17,286 nucleotides of DNA, taken from a virus. The notes under the pieces were generated by a model. It made no database searches and had not been told where the DNA came from. It saw only the letters and a program-made list of their open reading frames with translations. Both the position numbers and the translations under genes were made by a program. Positions 1 through 7,672 of this stretch are shown piece after piece (the stretch's first letter is position 1; every line of letters starts with the position of its first letter). Location of the stretch: IMG/VR virus record IMGVR_UViG_3300045020_000121; one strand, written 5' to 3'.

Positions 1-252
1 TACTACACCGACACTCTCATTGCCGGAGTCCAGAACGGAGTCATCGAGCCTGGTTCCTGGCTGGGAGTCCCGGATCCAAACAAGAAGGGTGAGTACCTCC
101 TCCGAGCCAACGGCAAGGACAAGTTCCTCCAGGCCCTGGCCGAAGACGCCGCCGCCAAAGCTGCGGCAGGTTCCGACGACAGCGTCATGAACTACATCCG
201 CGATGAGGTCTTCAAGAAGAATGAGATCAACATCAGCTACGACTGGGAGTAG
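1..252 (+). CDS. 3' end of hypothetical protein; the start lies upstream of the window. Frame 1 reads ...YYTDTLIAGVQNGVIEPGSW...NEINISYDWE-stop.
   Basis: Frame 1 is open from position 1 to the TAG at 250-252. GC3-rich codon usage matches the rest of the window. The ORF track lists only M-started ORFs, so it is absent there. Confidence 0.6.
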   Translation, partial: YYTDTLIAGVQNGVIEPGSWLGVPDPNKKGEYLLRANGKDKFLQALAEDAAAKAAAGSDDSVMNYIRDEVFKKNEINISYDWE

Positions 253-670
253 ATCGGCTCTGCTATTCGATCCCATCAACAGTCTGAGGGCTGTCACGTA
301 CGATGACGCCTTCAGCGAACTCACTCTGGAATGCCAGAAGTTTGCCGAACATGTGGGCAGACTCGTTCGGGTCATCTTCCAGCACAGCCTGAAGCACGAC
401 CTATTCGCAGTGATGGTCACATCCCCGCCCAGACCTGGGCACCACGGGACGGACTACGTCTTCCATTCCGTGGGGAACACTTTCGAGCAGGCATTGGACA
501 AAGTTGTCCGGCGCATGCAGCGAGTTCGGTACGAGGTGGAAAAGCGTGCGAGCGATTGGAAGACACTCTCGAAGAAGAAGTCAGCTTCAGGAGCGAAGGG
601 CAGCCGCAGACGTAGGGGGCCGAGTCCAACCGGGAAGCGGCGCACCCTCGTTCTACAAGAGCGACGTTAG
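203..670 (+). CDS. Hypothetical protein. The start is uncertain: ATG 203 or 221 overlaps the upstream gene, and GTG 353 is an alternative.
   Basis: Frame 2 is open from 203 to 670, with protein-like sequence (LFDPINSLRAVTYDDAFSELTLECQKFAEHVGRL...) and GC3-rich codons. The C-terminus is a basic low-complexity tail (SKKKSASGAKGSRRRRGPSPTGKRR). Confidence 0.5.
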   Translation: MRSSRRMRSTSATTGSRSALLFDPINSLRAVTYDDAFSELTLECQKFAEHVGRLVRVIFQHSLKHDLFAVMVTSPPRPGHHGTDYVFHSVGNTFEQALDKVVRRMQRVRYEVEKRASDWKTLSKKKSASGAKGSRRRRGPSPTGKRRTLVLQERR

Positions 671-1076
671 GAAGCAGGGCGAGATTCGCATCGAGTGCAA
701 GACCACCTCGAAGGGCGAATACCGTCTGGACCTGGACGTGCTGAACAAGATCCAGACTGAGGCCATCCAAGGTGGCATGGAGCTAGCCGTCTTGCAGGTT
801 GAGTTCCAGGGGCAGGTCACGGGCAAGAAGTTCGCCATTCTGGATTGGGGAACCTTCCACAACATGATCGACTACCCCAAGACCTCCATGCTCTTCATCG
901 AATCAAAAGGTGGAGAGCCTCGGACCATCTTGCTGAAGATGGACGAGATCACCCGCATCCGTGCCTGCGTCACACAGAACCTCATCTGGGCGATGAAGAT
1001 CTGCCTGTCCAACACTCGCTGGTTCGCCCTGACGAGCTGGGAGAACTTCCTGGAGCTCTGGGAGGCATCGAAATGA
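504..1076 (+). CDS. Hypothetical protein. The true 5' boundary is probably near 650-740; the N-terminal 50 aa of the ORF translation look out-of-frame. It may be fused to the upstream gene by a +1 frameshift or an indel.
   Basis: Frame 0 ORF ending at TGA 1074-1076. Protein-like sequence begins around ...KSDVRKQGEIRIECKTTSKGEYRLDLDVLNKIQTEAIQGG.... There is no ATG/GTG/TTG between the stop of the upstream gene and GTG 738. Confidence 0.5.
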   Translation: MSGACSEFGTRWKSVRAIGRHSRRRSQLQERRAAADVGGRVQPGSGAPSFYKSDVRKQGEIRIECKTTSKGEYRLDLDVLNKIQTEAIQGGMELAVLQVEFQGQVTGKKFAILDWGTFHNMIDYPKTSMLFIESKGGEPRTILLKMDEITRIRACVTQNLIWAMKICLSNTRWFALTSWENFLELWEASK

Positions 1077-1243
1077 TCTGGGTGCTCCTGATCTTCTACT
1101 ACACCAACGACGGGAAGCTGGTTCACAAGGAGGAAGCTGGCCCATTCAAGACGGTCGAAGCCTGCAACGACGCAGGCAAAGAAGCCGATGCTGCCAGGAC
1201 CTCCAACCTGACCTGGTCATGCGTACCGAGGGCCAAGAAATGA
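1073..1243 (+). CDS. Small hypothetical protein (56 aa) with a hydrophobic N-terminus, MIWVLLIFYYTNDGKL...
   Basis: ATG 1073 overlaps the upstream stop (ATGA). Frame is open to TGA 1241-1243. Hydrophobic N-terminal segment. Confidence 0.45.
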   Translation: MIWVLLIFYYTNDGKLVHKEEAGPFKTVEACNDAGKEADAARTSNLTWSCVPRAKK

Positions 1244-1479
1244 AGCTCTACGTCATCACGGCAAAGAATGAAGCTGCAGGGCCGCCCTGGGTAGTCACCG
1301 CCTGGGATGAGTACACCGTCGACGAGAACGGATCGGGTTACGAAGGGGCCATCACAGACGCCATGAGACTTCACGGAGCCGAGAACGTACGAATCGGCAT
1401 CGTGCATGTCCCTGAGAACTTCTTGGAGTCTCTCTTCGAGCCCGTGGAAGTCACTGCCACGAAAGTCGAGAAGGCATGA
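1240..1479 (+). CDS. Hypothetical protein (79 aa), MKLYVITAKNEAAGPPWVVTAWDEY...
   Basis: ATG 1240 overlaps the upstream TGA (ATGA). Ends at TGA 1477-1479, which overlaps the next ATG. Confidence 0.6.
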   Translation: MKLYVITAKNEAAGPPWVVTAWDEYTVDENGSGYEGAITDAMRLHGAENVRIGIVHVPENFLESLFEPVEVTATKVEKA

Positions 1480-1679
1480 ACGCTATCGAAGAGGTGTTGG
1501 AAGAAGTTCGATGCCTCAGGAAAGAGTTGAAGAGTCATCGGGAAGCCGCCGGCGATGATCTGGAGCTGGATGGTGCTCCGGCCGAAGAGTCTGGGACGAG
1601 TCTTCTACCTGTTCTTCTCGGTCTCATCGTTATCGCCATCATAGGTTGGGTGCTGTTTGCCGTGAGCCTCATCAAATGA
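1476..1679 (+). CDS. Small tail-anchored membrane protein (67 aa): acidic N-terminal part, then a C-terminal TM helix LLPVLLGLIVIAIIGWVLFAVSLIK.
   Basis: ATGA overlap start. C-terminal stretch of about 23 hydrophobic residues. Flanked by ~30-bp direct repeats (see findings). Confidence 0.6.
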   Translation: MNAIEEVLEEVRCLRKELKSHREAAGDDLELDGAPAEESGTSLLPVLLGLIVIAIIGWVLFAVSLIK

Positions 1680-1713
1680 GCCAGCAAATCGTGGCCACGA
1701 AAGTAGAGAAAGC

Positions 1714-2001
1714 ATGAAGGTCATCAAGCCGGGCCGACCACAGAAGGGATGGTCCATCGAGGCCGTGTGCACTGGTCACAGAAACAACCTAGGAGGGTGT
1801 GGTGCCATTCTCCTAGTCGAACAGGCGGACGTCTTCACCACCGAGAGTCATTCTTACGATGAGACGAACGTCTACAACACCTTCAAGTGCCCTCAGTGCG
1901 GGGTGCTGACCGACTTCAGCACAGAGACCTCTCTCCCCTTCAAGCCACCATCCCAACAGGCCTGGGACAAGCTCAGGGCGACGGTTGAGAGATTCACATG
2001 A
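1714..2001 (+). CDS. Small zinc-ribbon protein (95 aa; CTGH...GGCG...CPQC).
   Basis: ATG 1714 is preceded by GAGAAAGC. Four Cys arranged as two pairs (C19/H22...C29 and C59/C62). The stop overlaps the next ATG (ATGA at 1998). Confidence 0.6.
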   Translation: MKVIKPGRPQKGWSIEAVCTGHRNNLGGCGAILLVEQADVFTTESHSYDETNVYNTFKCPQCGVLTDFSTETSLPFKPPSQQAWDKLRATVERFT

Positions 2002-2867
2002 GCAGACAAATCATCCAGCTCCACACCATCGACCAATGGATGGCACTGGATCCGGCAGCCAGGGTCACGGTGCTGAAGAGTCTCAAGATCAAAGACAGGC
2101 TCCAACGGTTCCTGTGGAACTCGAACCTGAGGAAGACCGAAGACGAGATCCTTCAACCCACGTGGGTCAGGTGCAGTAAGTGCTCTGAGAACCCTGGATG
2201 GATTCTGAAGGAGCCCCGCTACGACGGACTCCATCCGTCGCAGATCTCCCACCCCTGCCTGCTCAAGACGTACAAGGACATCGTTGGGGCGGCTTCTCAA
2301 GAGCGCGTCGAACCCCGGCTGAAGCTCATCTTCGACTTGGGACACCTCATCCACCACATGTTCCAGACCTACGGTCTGAACGGAGCCTGGGGGCCGAACT
2401 ACAAGCCTGAGGTTCCTATCGATGGAGCCCATCAGAGGCTGGCCGAAGCTCTGATGATTGAAGGCCACGCCGACGCTGACAACCTCCTCATCGTCGACGA
2501 CATCGAAGGCTGGCCCATCTTCGAGGTGGGAGTCGTTCACGAGTACAAGAGCATGAACGACAACCAGTTCAAGAAGCTGGCTTCCCCCAAGCCGAACCAC
2601 AAGCAACAGGCTCTTCTCTACTCGGCTGCCCTCAACCGACCCATCGTCTGCTACCTGTACATGAACAAGAACGATGGAAGCCTGTCCGACTTCCCGGTGC
2701 CTTTCGATCCACACCTGTGGGGCGTTCTCGAAGGCAAGGCGAAGCTGTTCAAGGGCCACTACGACGCTGGGACCGAACCTCCAGCAGAGGTTGGCTACCA
2801 CTGTCAGGACTGTGGCTACGCCTTCGGCTGTGCAGCGTACAAGGCAGCTCAACCAAGGAGGACATGA
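1998..2867 (+). CDS. Cas4/RecB-family PD-(D/E)xK nuclease with Fe-S cluster cysteines (phage exonuclease-like).
   Basis: N-terminal Cys (VRCSKCS). Motif II hydrophobic-D (LLIVDDIEG). Motif III E-x-K (GVVHEYKS). QxxxY motif (KQQALLYSAAL). C-terminal CX2CX5C (CQDCGYAFGC). This arrangement is the Cas4/AddB-type iron-sulfur nuclease signature. Confidence 0.65.
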   Translation: MSRQIIQLHTIDQWMALDPAARVTVLKSLKIKDRLQRFLWNSNLRKTEDEILQPTWVRCSKCSENPGWILKEPRYDGLHPSQISHPCLLKTYKDIVGAASQERVEPRLKLIFDLGHLIHHMFQTYGLNGAWGPNYKPEVPIDGAHQRLAEALMIEGHADADNLLIVDDIEGWPIFEVGVVHEYKSMNDNQFKKLASPKPNHKQQALLYSAALNRPIVCYLYMNKNDGSLSDFPVPFDPHLWGVLEGKAKLFKGHYDAGTEPPAEVGYHCQDCGYAFGCAAYKAAQPRRT

Positions 2868-3472
2868 TGGCTGGGAACACTGGCACTCTGGGCCAGATCG
2901 AAAGGCTGGAACCAGAGTCATTGGACACTGGAGTCGGGGCGCTCCAGGTCTCGGAAGATGCGATTCGTCGCGTCGTGGAACTGGGGCTCCCCATGCCCCA
3001 GCTTTCCGCTGATGGATATCGGGGAGAGATGCCGGCCGAACTCACGTCACTGGACGACGAGGGTCTGGGAGATCTCCTCTCGAAGCTGAGCACCTTCATT
3101 GGATACGTAGACTCCGAGACGACCAAGGCAAACATCGCCTTCAGAGCCTCGGAAGCAAAGCTCGACTTCGTGAAGGCCCGAGTCCGAATCGGGTTGAAGG
3201 CCATGGTTGCCACTCTCGGCAGGCTGACAACCAAGGACAAGGACGACATCATCGAGACGGATCCAAGAGTAGTGGATGCCCGTTCGGAAGCCCTGTACAC
3301 CGAATCGGTCTTCCTCCTATCCAGGTCCATCTTGAAGAAGGCGGAACGAGACTGGGACACGGTCTCTCGCCGCATCACACAACGTGGACAGGAAGTCGAA
3401 AGGATGAAGCGGGAGAGCAATCTCGCTGGGGTTCCTCAATCAGCCAGGACGTTCCGGCGACCTGGGCAATAG
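2864..3472 (+). CDS. Hypothetical protein (~202 aa).
   Basis: ATGATG at 2864/2867 overlaps the nuclease stop, with GGAGG at 2855-2859. The 2717 start in the ORF track would overlap the upstream gene by 150 nt and gives a junk-like N-terminus. Ends at TAG 3470-3472. Confidence 0.6.
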   Translation: MMAGNTGTLGQIERLEPESLDTGVGALQVSEDAIRRVVELGLPMPQLSADGYRGEMPAELTSLDDEGLGDLLSKLSTFIGYVDSETTKANIAFRASEAKLDFVKARVRIGLKAMVATLGRLTTKDKDDIIETDPRVVDARSEALYTESVFLLSRSILKKAERDWDTVSRRITQRGQEVERMKRESNLAGVPQSARTFRRPGQ

Positions 3473-3481
3473 GAGAGAACG

Positions 3482-3946
3482 TTGAGAGCTGCTACGGAAG
3501 AAGAGATGGGAGAGTTCTCCAAGGTCCAAGACCATGGAGGGGAACTCAAGAAGGAGACCACTGGAGCGGTTCGGGAGTCTCCGAAGGGAAAAGGTCGGTA
3601 CGACCTGGTTCCATCCTACCCGATGAGGCGCCTCGCTCAGCACTACGAGAACGGCGCCATCAAGTACACCAGGGAAGAGATGGTGGATGGGAAGAAGGTC
3701 GTCATCTCAGGTGATCGCAACTGGGAGAAGGGCCTGCCGATGTCCAGGTACCTCGACTCCGCCGACCGCCACATCCATGAATACATGGGTGGGGACAGAA
3801 CGGAAGACCATCTGACCGCCGCTGTATGGAATCTCTTCAGCTACATCCACACGGAGATGATGGTCTTGGAGGGCAAGCTTCCTGCGGCGCTGTACAATGT
3901 CCCGTGGGAACCGTCCATCCCTGGGAAGATCAAGCCAGGTCAGTAG
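3482..3946 (+). CDS. Phage-associated protein of the DUF-type family annotated as dATP/dGTP diphosphohydrolase N-terminal-like domain. The function is tentative.
   Basis: TTG 3482 lies 4 nt after AGGAGAG; ATG 3506 is an alternative start. The motif string GKGRYDLVPSYPMRRLAQHYENGAIKY...NWEKGLPMSRYLDSADRHIHEYM resembles a conserved phage domain, recalled from memory and not verified. Confidence 0.55.
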   Translation: MRAATEEEMGEFSKVQDHGGELKKETTGAVRESPKGKGRYDLVPSYPMRRLAQHYENGAIKYTREEMVDGKKVVISGDRNWEKGLPMSRYLDSADRHIHEYMGGDRTEDHLTAAVWNLFSYIHTEMMVLEGKLPAALYNVPWEPSIPGKIKPGQ

Positions 3947-3954
3947 GAGGCAGT

Positions 3955-4170
3955 GTGGAGCACATCGCCTGGAGACTTCTGGGAGGTGGTCACCTCCTGG
4001 AGATCTACAAGATTGACCCGGTCACCCGGCAGATGCGATTGCTCCTTCCACTGCGACGGACCAAGCCGATGACCGAAGCAGAGGCAGCGAAGTACGTGAA
4101 CGACAACTACCCCAAGGACGGAAGCGCAGTGAGAGCTGCTGCCGAAGTCCTGGACCAGAGGAAGCGATGA
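3955..4170 (+). CDS. Small hypothetical protein (71 aa).
   Basis: GTG 3955 lies 4 nt downstream of AGGAGG (3945-3950), immediately after the upstream TAG. The same frame ends at TGA 4168-4170, which overlaps the next ATG. The 3826 start in the track would overlap the upstream gene. Confidence 0.5.
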   Translation: MEHIAWRLLGGGHLLEIYKIDPVTRQMRLLLPLRRTKPMTEAEAAKYVNDNYPKDGSAVRAAAEVLDQRKR

Positions 4171-4430
4171 CGACGCCTGAGTGGTTGAAGACCTACTACG
4201 GGAAGCAAACGGAGACCTTCAACCCTCAGGTTGTCATCGACGGGTCCAAGTACGCTGTCGTTCGACTGACCAAGACTGAGGCACCCAGAGGCTTCTCGAA
4301 GGTCGGGTACGTCCTCATTCGCAAAGACGGTCGCCACGTAGGAGGGGCGCAACGCTCCCTCCACGAAGGGCTCGCGAACCAGGATCATCTGGAACGCATG
4401 AAGAAGATTCACGCCGAAGCAGACCACTGA
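4167..4430 (+). CDS. Hypothetical protein (87 aa).
   Basis: ATGA overlap start. Clean ORF with protein-like composition. Confidence 0.55.
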   Translation: MTTPEWLKTYYGKQTETFNPQVVIDGSKYAVVRLTKTEAPRGFSKVGYVLIRKDGRHVGGAQRSLHEGLANQDHLERMKKIHAEADH

Positions 4431-4439
4431 GGGGTCAAC

Positions 4440-5462
4440 ATGGAAAAGGGTTACGAGGCCAAGGTTCTTGACCATGGCTACGTTCGTCTCGTGGACTTCA
4501 TGGGATCGGACGAGAGCGTCATCGAAGCTGCTCGCATGAGTACTGGCAAGGGGTTCATCTCATGGGATCCCTATCAGCTCTGCAAGAAGTGCGGGGTGGT
4601 CTTTGCATTGGCCACCGGAGGGGAGAACGCCTATCGGCAAACTCAACCTCTCGTGTTTGACGCCGGTGGTCACTACCTCCAATGCAACCATGACTGGGAA
4701 ATGTGCCCAAATGGGGACCAGGGCCTCCTCGAACATCTCTGGAGCCATCACCACGCCACTCCATTCGAGATGTGCGAGCTGGCCATCGAAGTCCAAGCTC
4801 CCATCTTCGTCTTCCGCGAATGGCACCGGCATCGGACTCAGTCGTACAACGAGTTCTCCGCCCGCTACTCGCAGATGCAGAACCTGCACTACATCCCCGA
4901 GCTGACTCGCATTCAGAAGCAGAGTGCAGCCAACAAGCAGGGCAGTGCTGAGGCCTTCCCTGAAGACGAGGCTGAGAGCATCCGAATGTTCATCGAGGCT
5001 CAGCAAGAACAGATCTACGAGTCCTACGATGAATGGGTAGAGAAGGGACTGGCCAAGGAAGTGGCCAGGGTCAACACGCCAGTCTCCCGCTACTCGAAGA
5101 TGAGGGCGAAGACAGACTTGCGGAGCTGGTTGATGTTCCTGAACCTCCGCATTCGGCCTGACGCCCAATGGGAGATTCGCCAGTACGCCCAAGAGGTGGC
5201 CTCCATCATTGGCAACCTCTTCCCCAGGACCTGGGCGCTCTTCATGGAGTACGACCTCTACGGCACTCGGTTCAGCCGCACGGAGATGAACGTCCTTCGA
5301 TCGATGCTCTCCCGTCTCATGGACCCCAGGACCGTATCGGTACTGAAGAGCCACGCAGACATCTTCCAAGCCCTGGTGGACACCGACAGTCGAATCAAGG
5401 GCAAGAAGGCGAAAGAGTTCGTTCACAAGCTCAAGGTCGGAGGCGAAAGCATCCTGACTTGA
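4440..5462 (+). CDS. thyX: Flavin-dependent thymidylate synthase ThyX, carrying a ~50-aa Cys/His-rich insertion and a C-terminal extension.
   Basis: ThyX N-terminal pattern (KVLDHGYVRLVDFMGSDESVIEAARMS). ThyX signature RHRxxSxNExSxRY (EWHRHRTQSYNEFSARYS). The downstream LNLR...AQWEIR block is typical of ThyX. At 340 aa it is longer than the typical 220-250 aa. Confidence 0.9.
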   Translation: MEKGYEAKVLDHGYVRLVDFMGSDESVIEAARMSTGKGFISWDPYQLCKKCGVVFALATGGENAYRQTQPLVFDAGGHYLQCNHDWEMCPNGDQGLLEHLWSHHHATPFEMCELAIEVQAPIFVFREWHRHRTQSYNEFSARYSQMQNLHYIPELTRIQKQSAANKQGSAEAFPEDEAESIRMFIEAQQEQIYESYDEWVEKGLAKEVARVNTPVSRYSKMRAKTDLRSWLMFLNLRIRPDAQWEIRQYAQEVASIIGNLFPRTWALFMEYDLYGTRFSRTEMNVLRSMLSRLMDPRTVSVLKSHADIFQALVDTDSRIKGKKAKEFVHKLKVGGESILT

Positions 5463-5490
5463 GGGATAAGGACAGAACCAAGGAGGTTCA

Positions 5491-6183
5491 ATGTCTGAGG
5501 ATTCCGAGCCGGTCGAAGCCGTCGTCGACCGGCTCTACAAGTACCTGGATGGAGTCGCCCAAGAGCAAGCGAAGAAGTTCAAGACCACCTGCACCAAGGG
5601 GTGCGCAGCCTGCTGCTACCTCATGGCGACCATCGGGGCCACCGACGGTTACATGATTGCGCTGGAGATTCTGAAGAAGGAAGATTGGCAGAGCTGGCTC
5701 CCCAAGCTCTCCGTCGCAGCAGGGAAAGCCTCGTACAAGGGAATCACCAAGCAGTCCTACTTCGCCCAGGGCAACCCATGTGTCTTCTTGGACGTCACCC
5801 AAGGCACGTGCACCATCTACGAAAAGCGCCCCGCGTGCTGCCGGTTCCACTACGTCACGTCGGACCCGAAGCTGTGCAGCCACACGAACACGGAGAGGCC
5901 AGAGACCTCCGGCTTGAACCTGATGCCGTTGGAGCAGGAGACCTGGCGTCTGGACATCGCGGTGGGCAAGGAGATGGGGTTCGCGATTCCACCAGTCGCC
6001 CCCATCCCCATCATGGTCCTCTGGATGATGGAGTTCATCACCCGAAACGACCTGTCCGTCCACGGTGAAATCGAGAAGTACTGCATTGGCGTTCCCGATC
6101 CCTTCAAGTGGTGGACTGAGTACTCCGACGGGATTGTGGATGATCAAGACATCGAGACGGTGAATCGAGGTCTGGGTAGGTGA
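5491..6183 (+). CDS. YkgJ/UPF0153-family protein (CxxCxxCC putative Fe-S/zinc-binding domain).
   Basis: GGAGG RBS at 5480-5484. Motifs CTKGCAACC and NPCVFLD...GTCTIYEKRPACCRFHY match the YkgJ-family Cys pattern (C..C..CC ... C.FLD ... C.IY..RP..CR.F). Confidence 0.6.
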   Translation: MSEDSEPVEAVVDRLYKYLDGVAQEQAKKFKTTCTKGCAACCYLMATIGATDGYMIALEILKKEDWQSWLPKLSVAAGKASYKGITKQSYFAQGNPCVFLDVTQGTCTIYEKRPACCRFHYVTSDPKLCSHTNTERPETSGLNLMPLEQETWRLDIAVGKEMGFAIPPVAPIPIMVLWMMEFITRNDLSVHGEIEKYCIGVPDPFKWWTEYSDGIVDDQDIETVNRGLGR

Positions 6184-6698
6184 TGGGACTCCACATCGTC
6201 TACCCAGAGCTTCCTCCTACCTCGAACAAGATCTACTTCCGGGGCACCTCGCTCACCACGAGGGCCCGGGAGTACGCCGAGAAGTTCGCCCACTTCATGG
6301 TGAAGAACCACCTGCACGAAATCAACACCATGAATGCCGAGGGAATCTATGAGATCTCCCTCGACTTCTACTTCGACTCGGTGGTCAATCAGACGTTCCG
6401 GAACCCTGCCGTGAAGGGCCCAAAACAGGCCCAAGATAGGTACAAGAAGTTTGACCTCTCGAACCGCATTAAGCTTCTCGAAGACTGTGTGCGCGATGCT
6501 CTCGGCATCGACGATTCACACACCTTTGAGATGCACCAGCGGAAACTCCATGACCCCTTACGTCCCAGAGTCGAGATCTTCGTCAATGAGACGGACCCTC
6601 GGTACTACGGAGTGCCCTCGGTAGAGGAAGCCTGGGCACAGATGTCAGACCGGAAGGCTAAGAAGGGACCACTGATGAGGAGGAGTCCGATGAGATGA
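6180..6698 (+). CDS. rusA: RusA-family Holliday junction resolvase (endodeoxyribonuclease RusA).
   Basis: The N-terminus LHIVYPELPPTSNKIYFRG matches the RusA ITLPWPPSxNxxY motif. The catalytic-region block DLSNRIKLLEDCVRDALGIDDSH matches RusA D-x-D-N...DAL...DD. Start is GTG 6180 or ATG 6183, overlapping the upstream TGA. Confidence 0.8.
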   Translation: MMGLHIVYPELPPTSNKIYFRGTSLTTRAREYAEKFAHFMVKNHLHEINTMNAEGIYEISLDFYFDSVVNQTFRNPAVKGPKQAQDRYKKFDLSNRIKLLEDCVRDALGIDDSHTFEMHQRKLHDPLRPRVEIFVNETDPRYYGVPSVEEAWAQMSDRKAKKGPLMRRSPMR

Positions 6699-7135
6699 TG
6701 TTCGATCTGGTTGCGCTGGCAGCTCAGCAAGACCGGGGACAGGAGACGGGGCTGACCGTAACCTGCCACCCAGTACTGGATGACCCGACTGTCATTGAGA
6801 GGCAACACCGGGCCGTCTGTCTTGTGAAGCCGTACGTTGCTTGCGGTTCCTGCCCGAACTCCAGATTCACCCTGCTGTTCAAGGGAGATCGAACGGAGAG
6901 GTTCACGAGGGTTGCATGTCCAAGATGGGAGAGCGAAGACCAGAGGATGAGAGGGGAAGCCCCTGCCAAGTACGTGACGACGGAAGAAGCCACGTGCCAG
7001 AGCAAGCCATTCCCCTTTTGTGTCTCGTGCCCATCGAGGAAGGAGCTGCAAGAGAAGTACGGAGCTGACAAGACGAAGGAAGACTGGTTCGGACGCTTCA
7101 AGCGTCTACGCCAAGCGGAGTTCGAAGATGAATGA
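6695..7135 (+). CDS. Cys-rich hypothetical protein (146 aa), a possible zinc finger.
   Basis: ATGATG overlap start. Multiple spaced Cys residues (C24, C42, C50, C53, C75, C101, C109, C112). Confidence 0.55.
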   Translation: MMFDLVALAAQQDRGQETGLTVTCHPVLDDPTVIERQHRAVCLVKPYVACGSCPNSRFTLLFKGDRTERFTRVACPRWESEDQRMRGEAPAKYVTTEEATCQSKPFPFCVSCPSRKELQEKYGADKTKEDWFGRFKRLRQAEFEDE

Positions 7136-7445
7136 AGACGCAGTCCTGTGGAGATGCAACGAGACTGAGCTGTTGCAGATGGCTCGGCGTCAAGGTCTTG
7201 GCACGCTCCGCAGGGGGCTGCCGAAGGACACCCTGATTGCTCTCGTGGGCGGCTATGCCGATCCCCAACCGCAGCACTACGCGGGGACAAGAGAGACCAG
7301 GGAGATTCTGCAGAAGTACATCGCGGACAACATCGAACGAGCGAGGAGCCAGTTGCCGGGGTGTGACGGCAGGTGCACGACGTTCCAATGCACTGAGGGC
7401 CGTCACGCTCTGTGCTTCGTTCCTCAAGAGGCCCATGTTCGATGA
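7128..7445 (+). CDS. Hypothetical protein (105 aa) with a C-terminal Cys cluster (CDGRCTTFQCTEGRHALC).
   Basis: ATG 7128 lies just upstream of the upstream gene's stop (7133-7135). Upstream of 7128 the track ORF overlaps the previous gene. Confidence 0.5.
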   Translation: MNEDAVLWRCNETELLQMARRQGLGTLRRGLPKDTLIALVGGYADPQPQHYAGTRETREILQKYIADNIERARSQLPGCDGRCTTFQCTEGRHALCFVPQEAHVR

Positions 7446-7672
7446 GCTTAGGTCCCAGAGGCGAATGCCTGGCTTGCCAGAGGATCTCCACCTGCCAGGA
7501 GACCAGTGTGGAACGGGTGCAATCGAGCTATACGTGCCCGCTCTTCAAAGCAGTCCTCGAACCGGTCTTCAGGGCGAGGGAGAAGGCAATGCAGCAGTTC
7601 GGTGAAGTGAGCGCCATCAAGGCGATGATGAACAGGCCTCAAGAACAGGGAGTCAACGAAGATGGAGATTGA
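7442..7672 (+). CDS. Small Cys-containing hypothetical protein (76 aa).
   Basis: ATG 7442 overlaps the upstream TGA (ATGA). Sequence starts MSLGPRGECLACQRISTCQE... Confidence 0.5.
   Translation: MSLGPRGECLACQRISTCQETSVERVQSSYTCPLFKAVLEPVFRAREKAMQQFGEVSAIKAMMNRPQEQGVNEDGD

Noticed and set aside
2717-2863. N-terminal extension of the 2717-3472 ORF in the track.
   Set aside because: It overlaps the nuclease gene by 150 nt and is Arg/Ser-rich junk. The ATG at 2864/2867 has a GGAGG RBS and gives an ATGA junction.
1893-2921. 342-aa minus-strand ORF overlapping the Cas4-like nuclease gene. Similar minus-strand ORFs occur at 4560-5426, 5488-6147, 6724-7491, 13400-14167 and 15167-15961.
   Set aside because: All are antisense to well-supported + strand genes with motif-level homology. 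Their composition is typical of shadow ORFs in high-GC DNA.
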